Part shown: in pieces, positions 9,279 to 17,967 of the stretch | How positions within the stretch are numbered: position 1 is the stretch's first letter | How the letters are laid out: each line of letters begins with the position of its first letter | From: Acholeplasmataceae bacterium | Lineage (GTDB): Bacteria; Bacillota_I; Bacilli_A; Acholeplasmatales; Acholeplasmataceae | Assembly (NCBI GenBank): GCA_024709245.1 | Contig: JANJXB010000072.1 | Coordinates: 1-59,789, forward strand | Direction of reading: 5' to 3' | DNA length: 59,789 bases | The notes under the pieces: model-generated | The model's database searches: none | Told to the model about the DNA's origin: nothing | What the model saw: only the letters and a program-made list of their open reading frames with translations | Made by a program: the position numbers and the translations under genes

Positions 9279-9599
9279 CTAAATCTTCACATCAACTTTG
9301 GATCCATCCGCATTGGGATGATCCTTCAAAAATTCAAGAATAGGATTGAAATGCTTTTCTGCTTTACCAGGTTTGCATCTCGATAAATTCTTGACTTCAC
9401 CGTTTAAAATACCTGTCGCAAACGCTCTGCAACCTGGGGTTCCACAAGCGCCGCAGTTATAATTGGGTAACAACTTTTCAACTTGATCGATTCTTGGATC
9501 TTCTTCAACAGTTAAATACTGTTTAGCGACCGATAAAACGATACCCAAAAGAATACCGAGAAGACCGAGAACAAAAAACGGATATAGGACTTCAATCAT
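9279..9599 (-). CDS. rnfB: Rnf complex subunit B, short form (TM helix plus N-terminal FeS domain only)
   Basis: VEEDPRI..LLPNYNCGACGTPGCRAFA...C matches the RnfB N-terminal FeS domain; no ferredoxin CxxCxxC motifs follow. Confidence 0.82.
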   Translation of the reverse strand: MIEVLYPFFVLGLLGILLGIVLSVAKQYLTVEEDPRIDQVEKLLPNYNCGACGTPGCRAFATGILNGEVKNLSRCKPGKAEKHFNPILEFLKDHPNADGSKVDVKI

Positions 9600-9805
9600 A
9601 ATTTGATCTCCTTTAAGAATTCAATGGTGTTGTTAAAGTTACAAGAACTCTTTCCACTCTTCGTCGAACATGATTCACAGTTCTGAGCTTCCAGATAGGC
9701 TTCTTTGCATGATTCAGGAACTGCTACCTTGCTATTGAAGTACATCGCAAGGATGTAAAGCCCAATGAATCCACCTAAAATGGCAACCATAATGATATAT
9801 TGCAT
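9596..9805 (-). CDS. Small single-TM Cys-rich protein in the rnf operon
   Basis: 69 aa, TM helix followed by C-x9-CxxC-x8-C. Overlaps the rnfA stop by 1 nt and the rnfB start by 4 nt. Confidence 0.75.
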   Translation of the reverse strand: MQYIIMVAILGGFIGLYILAMYFNSKVAVPESCKEAYLEAQNCESCSTKSGKSSCNFNNTIEFLKEIKL

Positions 9806-10377
9806 TAGATGATACCTGCCAATCCCATGAATGCAAGCGCCATGATGCTCGCTGTCACGAATGCGATGGGTAAGCCTTTCATAGCCTTTGGAACATTGGC
9901 TGAATCAAGACGCATACGAATGGCTGTGAATGTGATGATGATGAACGCATATCCCAAACCAGAGCCTAAAGCAAATGTGAGTGCTTCAGCATAAGATTGT
10001 GGAGTAGCGATGTTGGTAAGTGCAACACCTAAGACCGCGCAGTTGGTTGCAATCAACGGTAGATAAACACCAAGGGCTTTATATAAACTCTGTGAAAAGC
10101 GTTTGATTACGAGTTCGGTCAGCTGAACGAGTGCTGCAATGACCAAGATGAATGCAATGGTGTCAATGTAGGTAATGTTCAATTTCACTAAAACAAAATA
10201 ATACAATGGGTATGTGATGACTGCGGACAGGAAAATGACAACAATAACCGCGAGACCCATACCAATGACTGATTTCATCTTCGTTGAAACACCGAAGAAT
10301 GAACAAAGACCTAAGAACTGCATCAAGACGATGTTATTGACAATCATCGCCGAAATCAATATCGCGAGTAGATTCAT
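9805..10377 (-). CDS. rnfA: Rnf complex subunit A
   Basis: NNIVLMQFLGLCSFFGVS and LGVYLPLIATNCAVLG motifs. Confidence 0.95.
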   Translation of the reverse strand: MNLLAILISAMIVNNIVLMQFLGLCSFFGVSTKMKSVIGMGLAVIVVIFLSAVITYPLYYFVLVKLNITYIDTIAFILVIAALVQLTELVIKRFSQSLYKALGVYLPLIATNCAVLGVALTNIATPQSYAEALTFALGSGLGYAFIIITFTAIRMRLDSANVPKAMKGLPIAFVTASIMALAFMGLAGII

Positions 10378-11069
10378 GCTTTCTTAGCTCCTTTCTTCTG
10401 ACGAATCACTGTAATCACGGCTAAAATCAAGCCAATGACTAAGAATGCTCCGGGGGGTTGAACCAAGACGCGGAAGGCGTATGGACTCAAACCTAATCCT
10501 GAAAATAATGTGGCTTCAAATCCAAGAGGAAGAGTTTTCCCAAGAACAATCGTGCCAGTGCCTAAGAATTCTCTGAAGAAACCAATTAAGATTAATGACA
10601 ATCCAAATCCAATGCCAACACCGATTCCATCTAAGGTCGATTTTAATACCGTGTTTTTTGATGCAAAGGATTCCGCTCTACCGAAGACGACACAGTTCAC
10701 GGTAATCAGTGCGATGAAGACACCGAGTTCTTGTGCAAGTGCAGGAGCAAATGCATCAACCAACATCTTCATGATTGTCACTTCAGTTGCAATGATGATG
10801 ACATAAACCGGAATACGCACTGTATCTGGAACAACTTTACGGATTAAGGAAACGGAAGCATTGGTCATCGTGAGTACTAAGATAACCAAGATACCCATCC
10901 CGAACGCACCTTCAAATGTTGAAGTGACTGCAAGTGATGGACAAAGTCCAAGGACCATCACGAAAATACCGTTTTCTTTCAAAATACCTTTGGTGAAAAT
11001 CTCCCATAACGTGGGTTCAGTTTCGACAACGGGTGCCTTTTTCACTGGAACTTTTTTAACTTCTGTCAT
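10374..11069 (-). CDS. rnfE: Rnf complex subunit E
   Basis: LGLCPSLAVT, LITVNCVVFGRAE and PPGAF motifs. Confidence 0.95.
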   Translation of the reverse strand: MTEVKKVPVKKAPVVETEPTLWEIFTKGILKENGIFVMVLGLCPSLAVTSTFEGAFGMGILVILVLTMTNASVSLIRKVVPDTVRIPVYVIIIATEVTIMKMLVDAFAPALAQELGVFIALITVNCVVFGRAESFASKNTVLKSTLDGIGVGIGFGLSLILIGFFREFLGTGTIVLGKTLPLGFEATLFSGLGLSPYAFRVLVQPPGAFLVIGLILAVITVIRQKKGAKKA

Positions 11070-11641
11070 GCTTGATTCACCTCACTTAAACTCATCATGT
11101 GACTGATGTGATATTGAATGGCCATCGCAACCAATTCTTTCACCTTACCGGTTGAAAGTGATGCGGTTGCACCTGCACCTGGTTCTTCAAGATTCATCGG
11201 AGGAATTAAAATGATTTGATCAGTTTTAAAACCTTGGAAATAATCAGCAACATACTGCTGAATACCCGAATTATATGTTGAAGTTTGTTTGATATTGATG
11301 ATTTGTACGGTGACGTTGTTGTCTAAGTCAATACCGACAACGAGTTCGACGATACCTGGATCATTGATGTTGAAATACGTATAAACCGATTTGACATTGT
11401 AGACAGTTCCGATTTTATCGCCTTGTTTATTGAACGCTTCAGCCATCGTATGTACAATGGTATAGTTTCCAAAGGCTGGGATGTTTGAGACAACTTCTTC
11501 TTCCCCGAGCACAACGACTGTACCAAACAATTTGTCTGTTTCAGTCTTTGGAATGACATTTTGGTAAACAAGAAGGAATGCAACCGATAATAATATGATG
11601 AGGACTGCATTGATGATGAGGAATAATGTTTGTTTGTTCAT
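11066..11641 (-). CDS. Membrane-anchored FMN-binding domain protein (RnfG-like)
   Basis: N-terminal TM, IVELVVGIDLDN strand, and C-terminal AGATAS resembling the [S/T]GA[S/T] flavinylation motif. Lies inside the rnf operon. Confidence 0.68.
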   Translation of the reverse strand: MNKQTLFLIINAVLIILLSVAFLLVYQNVIPKTETDKLFGTVVVLGEEEVVSNIPAFGNYTIVHTMAEAFNKQGDKIGTVYNVKSVYTYFNINDPGIVELVVGIDLDNNVTVQIINIKQTSTYNSGIQQYVADYFQGFKTDQIILIPPMNLEEPGAGATASLSTGKVKELVAMAIQYHISHMMSLSEVNQA

Positions 11642-12603
11642 CAGTTGTTACCTCCTAGTGCAGTCAGAAGCGTATCGACAAGAGCTTTAGAATTGGAAGC
11701 ACCCGCAGCTAAATCTCCTTGACCCGCGAACGATGCAATATTTGTACCTACAATTGAGTTTGCATAGGCAACCACTTTAGGATAGAATGCATTACTCTTG
11801 GTATGACCGTATTCATCTTGAGGTAAACTGATACCTAAGAGTGTACCGTCAGTTGATAAACCGACATACATATTGATGGTACCCGCAGAACCTTCTTCAG
11901 AATTATAAACACTGGAACCTCTGACATGATAATATGCAGCAATGACATCGCCTGATGCATTTCTCACGAGTCTCTTGGAAATGACATTGGCATTCGGTAC
12001 AAAGGTTGGATCAACTTCTGTATCCATGACGTAACCTGCGCCAAACCATAGTGCAAGTGGGTCTGTATTGGCTGCTGCAATCGCATGTGCTGCGGCAACA
12101 TCATTTAAAAGTCCTGTAAGTGATGTTAAGCTTCCTGTAGCACCTGTGACGATATCGCCACTTGGAGCAAGGCTAGAAATCGAACCACCTACATACAATG
12201 AAAGATTGGTTTTGGTTCCTTCAACATTGTAGGTTTGGTTGATTTCAATGAAATCCGCACCTAAAATGGTTCCTGTAGGGCTGACACTGATGACTAAGCG
12301 CATGTAACCAAACTTATTGGTTGTGTATGCGGTATAGATGTAACCAATCGTTGCATCCGATGCATTTTTCGCTTCAACTGCGGAAAGAACAGTTGCTGGT
12401 CCATTTTCAAGGGTGAGTTCAACAAAACTGTCAATCTCAGGTAATACTCTTTTGTATGCTTCTGTTTGTGCTTTTTCGATATTAGCTGCAATGATGGGGG
12501 CTGTAACTGCATTGACTGCGCCAATCATGATGCCACAAACGAGTGCAACCACGGTTAAAACGAATGTGTAGTGAAACATTGGCTTTTCAAATAGTTTTTT
12601 CAT
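11641..12603 (-). CDS. rnfG: Rnf complex subunit G with two FMN-binding domains
   Basis: Start refined to 12603 (MKKLFE). RnfG-type TM (..VNAVTAPII); DIVTGATGS in domain 1 and DLAAGASNS in domain 2. Confidence 0.82.
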   Translation of the reverse strand: MKKLFEKPMFHYTFVLTVVALVCGIMIGAVNAVTAPIIAANIEKAQTEAYKRVLPEIDSFVELTLENGPATVLSAVEAKNASDATIGYIYTAYTTNKFGYMRLVISVSPTGTILGADFIEINQTYNVEGTKTNLSLYVGGSISSLAPSGDIVTGATGSLTSLTGLLNDVAAAHAIAAANTDPLALWFGAGYVMDTEVDPTFVPNANVISKRLVRNASGDVIAAYYHVRGSSVYNSEEGSAGTINMYVGLSTDGTLLGISLPQDEYGHTKSNAFYPKVVAYANSIVGTNIASFAGQGDLAAGASNSKALVDTLLTALGGNN

Positions 12604-13679
12604 TATACAGCACCTCCTACGCCAAAGAAGACGACAAGTCCGAAGATGGCAAGGACAAGGACATATCCCACAACAAAGAGGGGTTTCACCTTGTTTGTAG
12701 ACCATTTTGGATAGTCAATGAGGGGTACAAACATATTGGAGAAGAGGAGTGCGAAGGCAACCCCTTCAGGATAAGCTCCAAATAATCTGATTAAAACAAC
12801 AAGTACACCAATCAATAATCCGTAAATCCAGCGACCTGGGCGGGTGATGGGTGAAGTGACGGGATCTGTGATCATGTAGACCACACCAAACATGAGACCA
12901 CCGGCAAATAGATGATAACCGAGATAAGATAATGCCTGGTCTGGATATAGTTTTAATCCAACCAGGAGAATCAGGACAGAGAATGTGATGACAGCGGATA
13001 GAACAACGCGGTAATCCGCTGAACGGCGAATCAAGAGATATGCGAGACCTATCAGAATCGCAAGTGCACTGATTTCACCCATCGAGCCTGGAACATTACC
13101 CACAAATAAGTCTAGAATAGAATAGCTGTTCAAAGCCTGTGGAAAGAGAAGACCACTCTTCAATGTGGTGAGTGCTGTTCCGCCGGCAATTAAGTCTACA
13201 TCGACATATTTACCCGAAAACATATCCGTAAGTGCGAGTCCGATGAATACACGGCCTGCTGCTGCAACGTTAAAGATGTTCGATCCAAGTCCTCCAAAGA
13301 GCATCTTGGCAACAACGATACCGAATGTAGCACCTACAACGACAGCATAAATCGGTAACTTGCTGGGAATGATCATCGCAAAAATAATGGCTGAAATGGC
13401 AGGTACGATGACATTGTTTTTTGTATATTTTTCGTATCTGGATTTCAATCTTTCCATGAATTTTTCGCTTGACTTGGGTTTTTGCATCATACCAAAGGCA
13501 ACCGCTTCAAGACCAATCATCACCACGAGGGATACAAGGATTCTGATGATTGCATCGAATCCAAAACGATAAATGGCAAATGCGACGACTGGAATGAGTG
13601 CGATTAAGACATCGGTCATCATGCGTGAAGTCGTGACCGTCTTTCGGATATAGGGGCTTGTTTGTTTGATTGCTTGCAT
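12603..13679 (-). CDS. rnfD: Rnf complex subunit D
   Basis: SPYI..MMTDVLIAL, KMLFGGLGSNIFN, PGSMGE, MITDPVTSP and YPEGVAFA motifs. Confidence 0.95.
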   Translation of the reverse strand: MQAIKQTSPYIRKTVTTSRMMTDVLIALIPVVAFAIYRFGFDAIIRILVSLVVMIGLEAVAFGMMQKPKSSEKFMERLKSRYEKYTKNNVIVPAISAIIFAMIIPSKLPIYAVVVGATFGIVVAKMLFGGLGSNIFNVAAAGRVFIGLALTDMFSGKYVDVDLIAGGTALTTLKSGLLFPQALNSYSILDLFVGNVPGSMGEISALAILIGLAYLLIRRSADYRVVLSAVITFSVLILLVGLKLYPDQALSYLGYHLFAGGLMFGVVYMITDPVTSPITRPGRWIYGLLIGVLVVLIRLFGAYPEGVAFALLFSNMFVPLIDYPKWSTNKVKPLFVVGYVLVLAIFGLVVFFGVGGAV

Positions 13680-13691
13680 GTATGTATCCTC

Positions 13692-14987
13692 CTATTTAGC
13701 CAGGCGTTTGCCTAAACGCATGTATTCTGTCAGATGAATCTTAGACGGACATACAAACGAGCATAATCCGCATTCAATGCACTTACTGACCTCAAGTGTC
13801 TTCAGTGCCTCTTTATCTTTAACCTTATAAGCATTCATGATTTGAACAGGTTGAATTTCGACTGGGCATGAATAAACGCAAGATGCACAGTGGACACAGG
13901 GTTCTTCAGGTTGTGGAGCATTGTTCATGACGATTAAAGATGTGGTTGTGTGCGTCATAACGACATCGTCTCTCATGATATTGGTTCCCATCATAGGTCC
14001 ACCAAGAACAAGCACCTTCGGTGTTTCTTCTTGTTTGTATCCTCCAGCAAGTTCAATCAAATCAGTGACCAGTGTCCCGATTCTTGCTCTGAAATTCTTG
14101 TTGTGAATACCGTCACCACTGATGGTGAAGAGTCTTTCTAGAACAGGGAGTCTCTTCTTGACTGCATTGTAGATTGATTGAAGTGTGGAAACGTTGAAAT
14201 TCAACACACCATACTTAGACAACAATTCACCTTGAGGAATCTTGATGCCTAAAGCATTTTTAATCATTGATAATTCCCATCCTTGTGGATAGAAATTGCC
14301 AACAGTCTTGACTTCAATGTCGTACTGTGTGAATTCTTTCAGTGCAAAATTAAAGCGTTCTTCAATTTCTTTGTATTTCTTCTTCAGTGCGATGACACCT
14401 TTTTTCGCACCTGATGCCTTCATTGCGTAAATCAGACCCATGATGACTTCTTTGGGGTTATTCATCATTAAGCTGTAATCTGCAATCAAATTCGGTTCAC
14501 ATTCGACACCATTGGCGATGACCACTTGAATTGGATCTTGCGTTTCAAGTTTGATGTAGGTTGGAAATGCACTCCCACCTAAGCCTACCAAACCGGCATC
14601 TTTGACAATCTTGATATAATCTTCTTTTGTAAGTGCATCAATTTCAGCATCGGTTCTTTCCATGATGGATTCATGTAATTCGTACTTACGGTCATTTTTG
14701 ACAATCAAGCAGTCAACCACTTTACCGCTGTTATCGATATGCTTTTCATATCCAACAACTTCACCGCTCACGGTTGCGTGCATGGGTTGTTCAAAAAATG
14801 CACCTTTTCTGGTTCCGACTACTTCGCCGACTTTGACAAACTGACCACCTCTAACGCATGTTTCACCTTCTGGACACCGTGCACTGGTGACTGGATAGTA
14901 AACAAAATCTGCATCAAGGTAGTGGAGGATCGGCAACTCCTTTAAAGCTTTTTTGCCGTCTGGGATATATTTCGTTTTTGCTATCAT
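13692..14987 (-). CDS. rnfC: Rnf complex subunit C
   Basis: AGLVGLGGSAFPT, NGVECEP, GGPMMG, and two CxxCxxCxxxCP 4Fe-4S motifs. Confidence 0.95.
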   Translation of the reverse strand: MIAKTKYIPDGKKALKELPILHYLDADFVYYPVTSARCPEGETCVRGGQFVKVGEVVGTRKGAFFEQPMHATVSGEVVGYEKHIDNSGKVVDCLIVKNDRKYELHESIMERTDAEIDALTKEDYIKIVKDAGLVGLGGSAFPTYIKLETQDPIQVVIANGVECEPNLIADYSLMMNNPKEVIMGLIYAMKASGAKKGVIALKKKYKEIEERFNFALKEFTQYDIEVKTVGNFYPQGWELSMIKNALGIKIPQGELLSKYGVLNFNVSTLQSIYNAVKKRLPVLERLFTISGDGIHNKNFRARIGTLVTDLIELAGGYKQEETPKVLVLGGPMMGTNIMRDDVVMTHTTTSLIVMNNAPQPEEPCVHCASCVYSCPVEIQPVQIMNAYKVKDKEALKTLEVSKCIECGLCSFVCPSKIHLTEYMRLGKRLAK

Positions 14988-14990
14988 CTG

Positions 14991-16238
14991 TTAAGCTCCC
15001 TTCTTATATAACGGAAATCGACGTGTCAGAAGAATGACTTGCTTGTTGATTTCTGCAAGCACTTCCGGTTCGTTTCTTTTTTCAAGTGTTGTGTTGATCC
15101 ATGATGCGATCATTTTCATTTCTGGTTCTTTAAATCCACGGGTCGTGACTGCAGGTGTTCCAAGTCGGATGCCACTGCCGTAAGCAGGTTTTTCTTTGTC
15201 GAAGGGCAACCCATTCTTATTGCATGTGATAGACACTTTGTGGAGTGTCTTTTCAGCATCAAGACCTGTGATTCCGTGGCGTCCTTTGACATCCACAAGC
15301 ATCAAATGGTTATCGGTTCCACCACTGACGACTCTAAATCCGAGCTTCATCAATTCATTGGCAAGAGCTTGCGCATTCTTAACGACCTGTTTCTGATAGT
15401 CCTTAAATGCATCGGTAAGTGCTTCTTGGAATGCAACGGCTTTCGCTGCTATGACGTGCATGAGCGGTCCGCCTTGAACTCCGGGGAATACGGATTTATC
15501 GATTTTCTTAGCTATTTCTTCATCACTTGACAAAATGATACCGCCTCTGGGGCCTCTCAAGGTCTTGTGTGTTGTTGAGGTCACGGCGTGTGCATATGGA
15601 ATTGGTGATGGGTGCAATCCAGCAGCAACCAATCCTGCAATGTGTGCCATATCAACAAGTAAGTAAGCGCCAACCTGATCTGCGATTTCTCTGAATTTTT
15701 TGAAATCGATGATTCTTGAATAGGCACTCGCGCCTGCAATGATCAATTTGGGTTTTTCCAGCTTTGCGATTTCTAATACTTTATCGTAGTCAATGAGTTC
15801 AGTCACCGGATCTACACCGTAAAAGATGGATTGATAGATTTTACCTGAGAAATTCAAATTGAATCCATGAGTCAAATGTCCACCTTCAGCAAGTGACATG
15901 CCTAAAATCTTGTCTCCAGGGGATAAAAGTGCCTGGTAAACCGCCATGTTTGCTTGTGATCCGGAATGAGGTTGAACGTTTGCATAGTTGCATCCAAACA
16001 ATTGCTTAACACGTTCAATGGCGAGTGTTTCGATTTCATCGACAAACTCGCATCCTCCATAATATCGTTTCTTTGGATAACCTTCAGCGTATTTATTGGT
16101 TAAAATCGATCCCTGTGCTTCCAACACGGCATCAGAAACAAAGTTTTCAGATGCAATCAACTCAATATGTTCTTCCTGTCTATTTTGTTCTTTCAGGATG
16201 ATTTCATTGATTACTGGATCTGTATTTATTAAGTTCAT
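14991..16238 (-). CDS. glyA: Serine hydroxymethyltransferase
   Basis: [14 protein letters not shown] and [12 protein letters not shown] motifs. Start refined to 16238 behind GGAGG. Confidence 0.98.
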   Translation of the reverse strand: MNLINTDPVINEIILKEQNRQEEHIELIASENFVSDAVLEAQGSILTNKYAEGYPKKRYYGGCEFVDEIETLAIERVKQLFGCNYANVQPHSGSQANMAVYQALLSPGDKILGMSLAEGGHLTHGFNLNFSGKIYQSIFYGVDPVTELIDYDKVLEIAKLEKPKLIIAGASAYSRIIDFKKFREIADQVGAYLLVDMAHIAGLVAAGLHPSPIPYAHAVTSTTHKTLRGPRGGIILSSDEEIAKKIDKSVFPGVQGGPLMHVIAAKAVAFQEALTDAFKDYQKQVVKNAQALANELMKLGFRVVSGGTDNHLMLVDVKGRHGITGLDAEKTLHKVSITCNKNGLPFDKEKPAYGSGIRLGTPAVTTRGFKEPEMKMIASWINTTLEKRNEPEVLAEINKQVILLTRRFPLYKKGA

Positions 16239-16374
16239 TCGATCCTCCTCGGTCATTACTTTTATTATTATAACATAATAACATGCAAAATAAAAGACAG
16301 ATTTCGACGTTTGGAACCCTGTCTTTCATACTTGAAGTTTCAGTTTGATCGTCGTCTTGACTTTGATTTTATCT

Positions 16375-17097
16375 TTATTCTAAAGTGATGTTGTGATAGA
16401 TTTCTTGCACATCATCAAGTTCGTTTAACATGTTGATTAAACGTTCGAATTTTTCTTTGTCTTCTTCAGAATCAAGTTTAGCTTCCATAATGGGTAACCA
16501 CATGACTTCATCAGTTTCGAATTCAAAACCAGGTTTTGCTTCCAAGATTGCAGTTCTGATGGTGCTAAAGTTCGTGGCATCACTATAAATCGTTACGCCT
16601 TCTTCATCTGCTTCAATGTCTGAAACATCGAGATCGTTTAAGACAAGAATTTCTAAAATTTCATCTTCTGTCACGCCAGGGAGAGTAAAGACTGCCTGGT
16701 GTACAAATTGATGAAGCACTGAACCTGTAATGCCGATTTTTCCACCGGTCTTGGTGAAACAATTTCTCACTTCAGCAATCGTTCGATTCGCATTATCAGA
16801 GAGACATTCGACAATCAACATCGAAGATCCAGGTCCAAATCCTTCATAATGAATGGATGTGAAGTTTTCACCACCAGCACCTTTTGCCTTATCGATATTG
16901 CGTTTGATGATGTCCGCAGGAATTTGTTCTCTTTTTGCTTTTTCAATGATCCGTTTTAATGATTGGTTGGTATCTGGATCGGGGGTACCCGCTTTTGCTG
17001 CCATGTAGATTTCTCTACCAAATTTTGCATAGAGTTTACTTTTGGTTGCGGCAGTCTTTGCCATAGCAACTTTTCGTACTTCAAATGCTCTTCCCAT
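16375..17097 (-). CDS. YebC/PmpR family protein
   Basis: MGRAFE..K, PDPDTN and YEGFGPG..LSDNANRT motifs. Confidence 0.93.
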   Translation of the reverse strand: MGRAFEVRKVAMAKTAATKSKLYAKFGREIYMAAKAGTPDPDTNQSLKRIIEKAKREQIPADIIKRNIDKAKGAGGENFTSIHYEGFGPGSSMLIVECLSDNANRTIAEVRNCFTKTGGKIGITGSVLHQFVHQAVFTLPGVTEDEILEILVLNDLDVSDIEADEEGVTIYSDATNFSTIRTAILEAKPGFEFETDEVMWLPIMEAKLDSEEDKEKFERLINMLNELDDVQEIYHNITLE

Positions 17098-17102
17098 GAT
17101 TG

Positions 17103-17642
17103 TTATCTTCCTTGTTTTCCAAATTTTTCTTCGTATGTTTTGATACTTTGAACAATGATTTTCTTGGCTGCTTCTGCGCCTTCAATATCTAAAATATAGG
17201 TTTTCTTGCCTTCAAGAGACTTATAGACCTCGAAGAAGTGTCCCATTTCCGTGAGTAGATGTGCAGGCAATTCTCCAATGTCTTTGTATTGAGTGAGTGA
17301 CGGATCTCCAAATGGAATGGCGATGATTTTCTCATCAATTTCATCCGAATCGATCATTTTAATAACACCAATCGGGTAACATTGAACAATCGATAAGGGT
17401 TCAATATCTTCCTGACACAAGACTAAAACGTCTAAGGGGTCATGGTCTCCAGCGATTGTTCGTGGAATAAAACCGTAGTTGGCAGGGTAATGTGTGGACG
17501 TGAATAAAATTCTGTCCAAGATGATCATTCCTGTGTCCTTATCCAGTTCATATTTCTTTTTGCTGCCTTTTGAAATCTCGATGCATGCGATAAACTGGTC
17601 AGGTTGAATTCTTGATGGATCTATGTCATGCCAAATGTTCAT
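17103..17642 (-). CDS. ppa: Inorganic pyrophosphatase (family I)
   Basis: KYELDK, YPANYGFIPRT..DHDPLDVLV and DEKI motifs. Confidence 0.95.
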   Translation of the reverse strand: MNIWHDIDPSRIQPDQFIACIEISKGSKKKYELDKDTGMIILDRILFTSTHYPANYGFIPRTIAGDHDPLDVLVLCQEDIEPLSIVQCYPIGVIKMIDSDEIDEKIIAIPFGDPSLTQYKDIGELPAHLLTEMGHFFEVYKSLEGKKTYILDIEGAEAAKKIIVQSIKTYEEKFGKQGR

Positions 17643-17688
17643 ACGATCATCTCCTTTGTACTCTACTCTATTTTATCATTGAACCCCG

Positions 17689-17722
17689 AAAAAAAACACC
17701 CTATTTATAGCGGGTGTCTTTT
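17689..17722 (-). terminator. Intrinsic terminator closing the aptamer-containing transcript
   Basis: Minus strand AAAGACACCCGCTATAAATAGGGTGTTTTTTTT: hairpin plus U8. Confidence 0.8.
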
Positions 17723-17756
17723 CTGTTACACAAGAGGTAACAAAGATGCTACCTAT

Positions 17757-17827
17757 CCCCTATGTGTCCCAACTGTATTTAATAACCTGGTGAAGGTCAC
17801 GAATCAAAATAAACAACCCCTATGTGT
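17757..17827 (-). repeat. Direct repeat ACACATAGGGG x2, 60-nt period
   Basis: Plus-strand CCCCTATGTGT at 17757-17767 and 17817-17827. Confidence 0.9.
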
Positions 17828-17830
17828 TCA

Positions 17831-17903
17831 AATGATCGTAGTCGCAACGGTAGGCATCGCGGTAGAAACGTCATCACCACTTCTGATGACCTATACGATA
17901 ATT
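17831..17903 (-). ncRNA. Purine riboswitch aptamer, guanine type, with variant loops
   Basis: Minus strand: P1 ATCGTA/TACGAT; P2 GTCATCA-GAAGTGG-TGATGAC; J2/3 GTTTCTAC; P3 CGCGATG-CCTAC-CGTTGCG; J3/1 AC with a C discriminator. GG in L2 and CC in L3 allow the kissing loop. Confidence 0.85.
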
Positions 17904-17915
17904 AAATACACAATC

Positions 17916-17944
17916 ATTATAGCAATCCATCATCTTGATGTAAA
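17916..17944 (-). promoter_or_regulatory. Sigma-A-type promoter for the aptamer RNA
   Basis: TTTACA (17944-17939), 17-nt spacer, TATAAT (17921-17916). Confidence 0.8.
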
Positions 17945-17967
17945 GACAATTTTTAAGGATAAGTGTG

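Noticed and set aside
12604-12705. Cys-rich N-terminal extension of the 354-aa rnfG ORF (CCGICPCPC)
   Set aside because: Alternative-frame read of the rnfD 3' end; the real start is ATG 12603 behind AGGAGG.
16257-16374. Possible ZTP/THF/glycine riboswitch upstream of glyA
   Set aside because: No consensus elements recognised; the gap holds a probable yebC terminator and a TGnTATAAT promoter close to the start codon.
17724-17742. TGTTACAC-AAGAG-GTAACA as a parS site
   Set aside because: 19 bp rather than the 16-bp TGTTNCACGTGAAACA palindrome; better read as an RNA hairpin.
17757-17827. Twin 11-nt repeats as a mini CRISPR array
   Set aside because: Only two copies, far too short, and no cas genes in the window.
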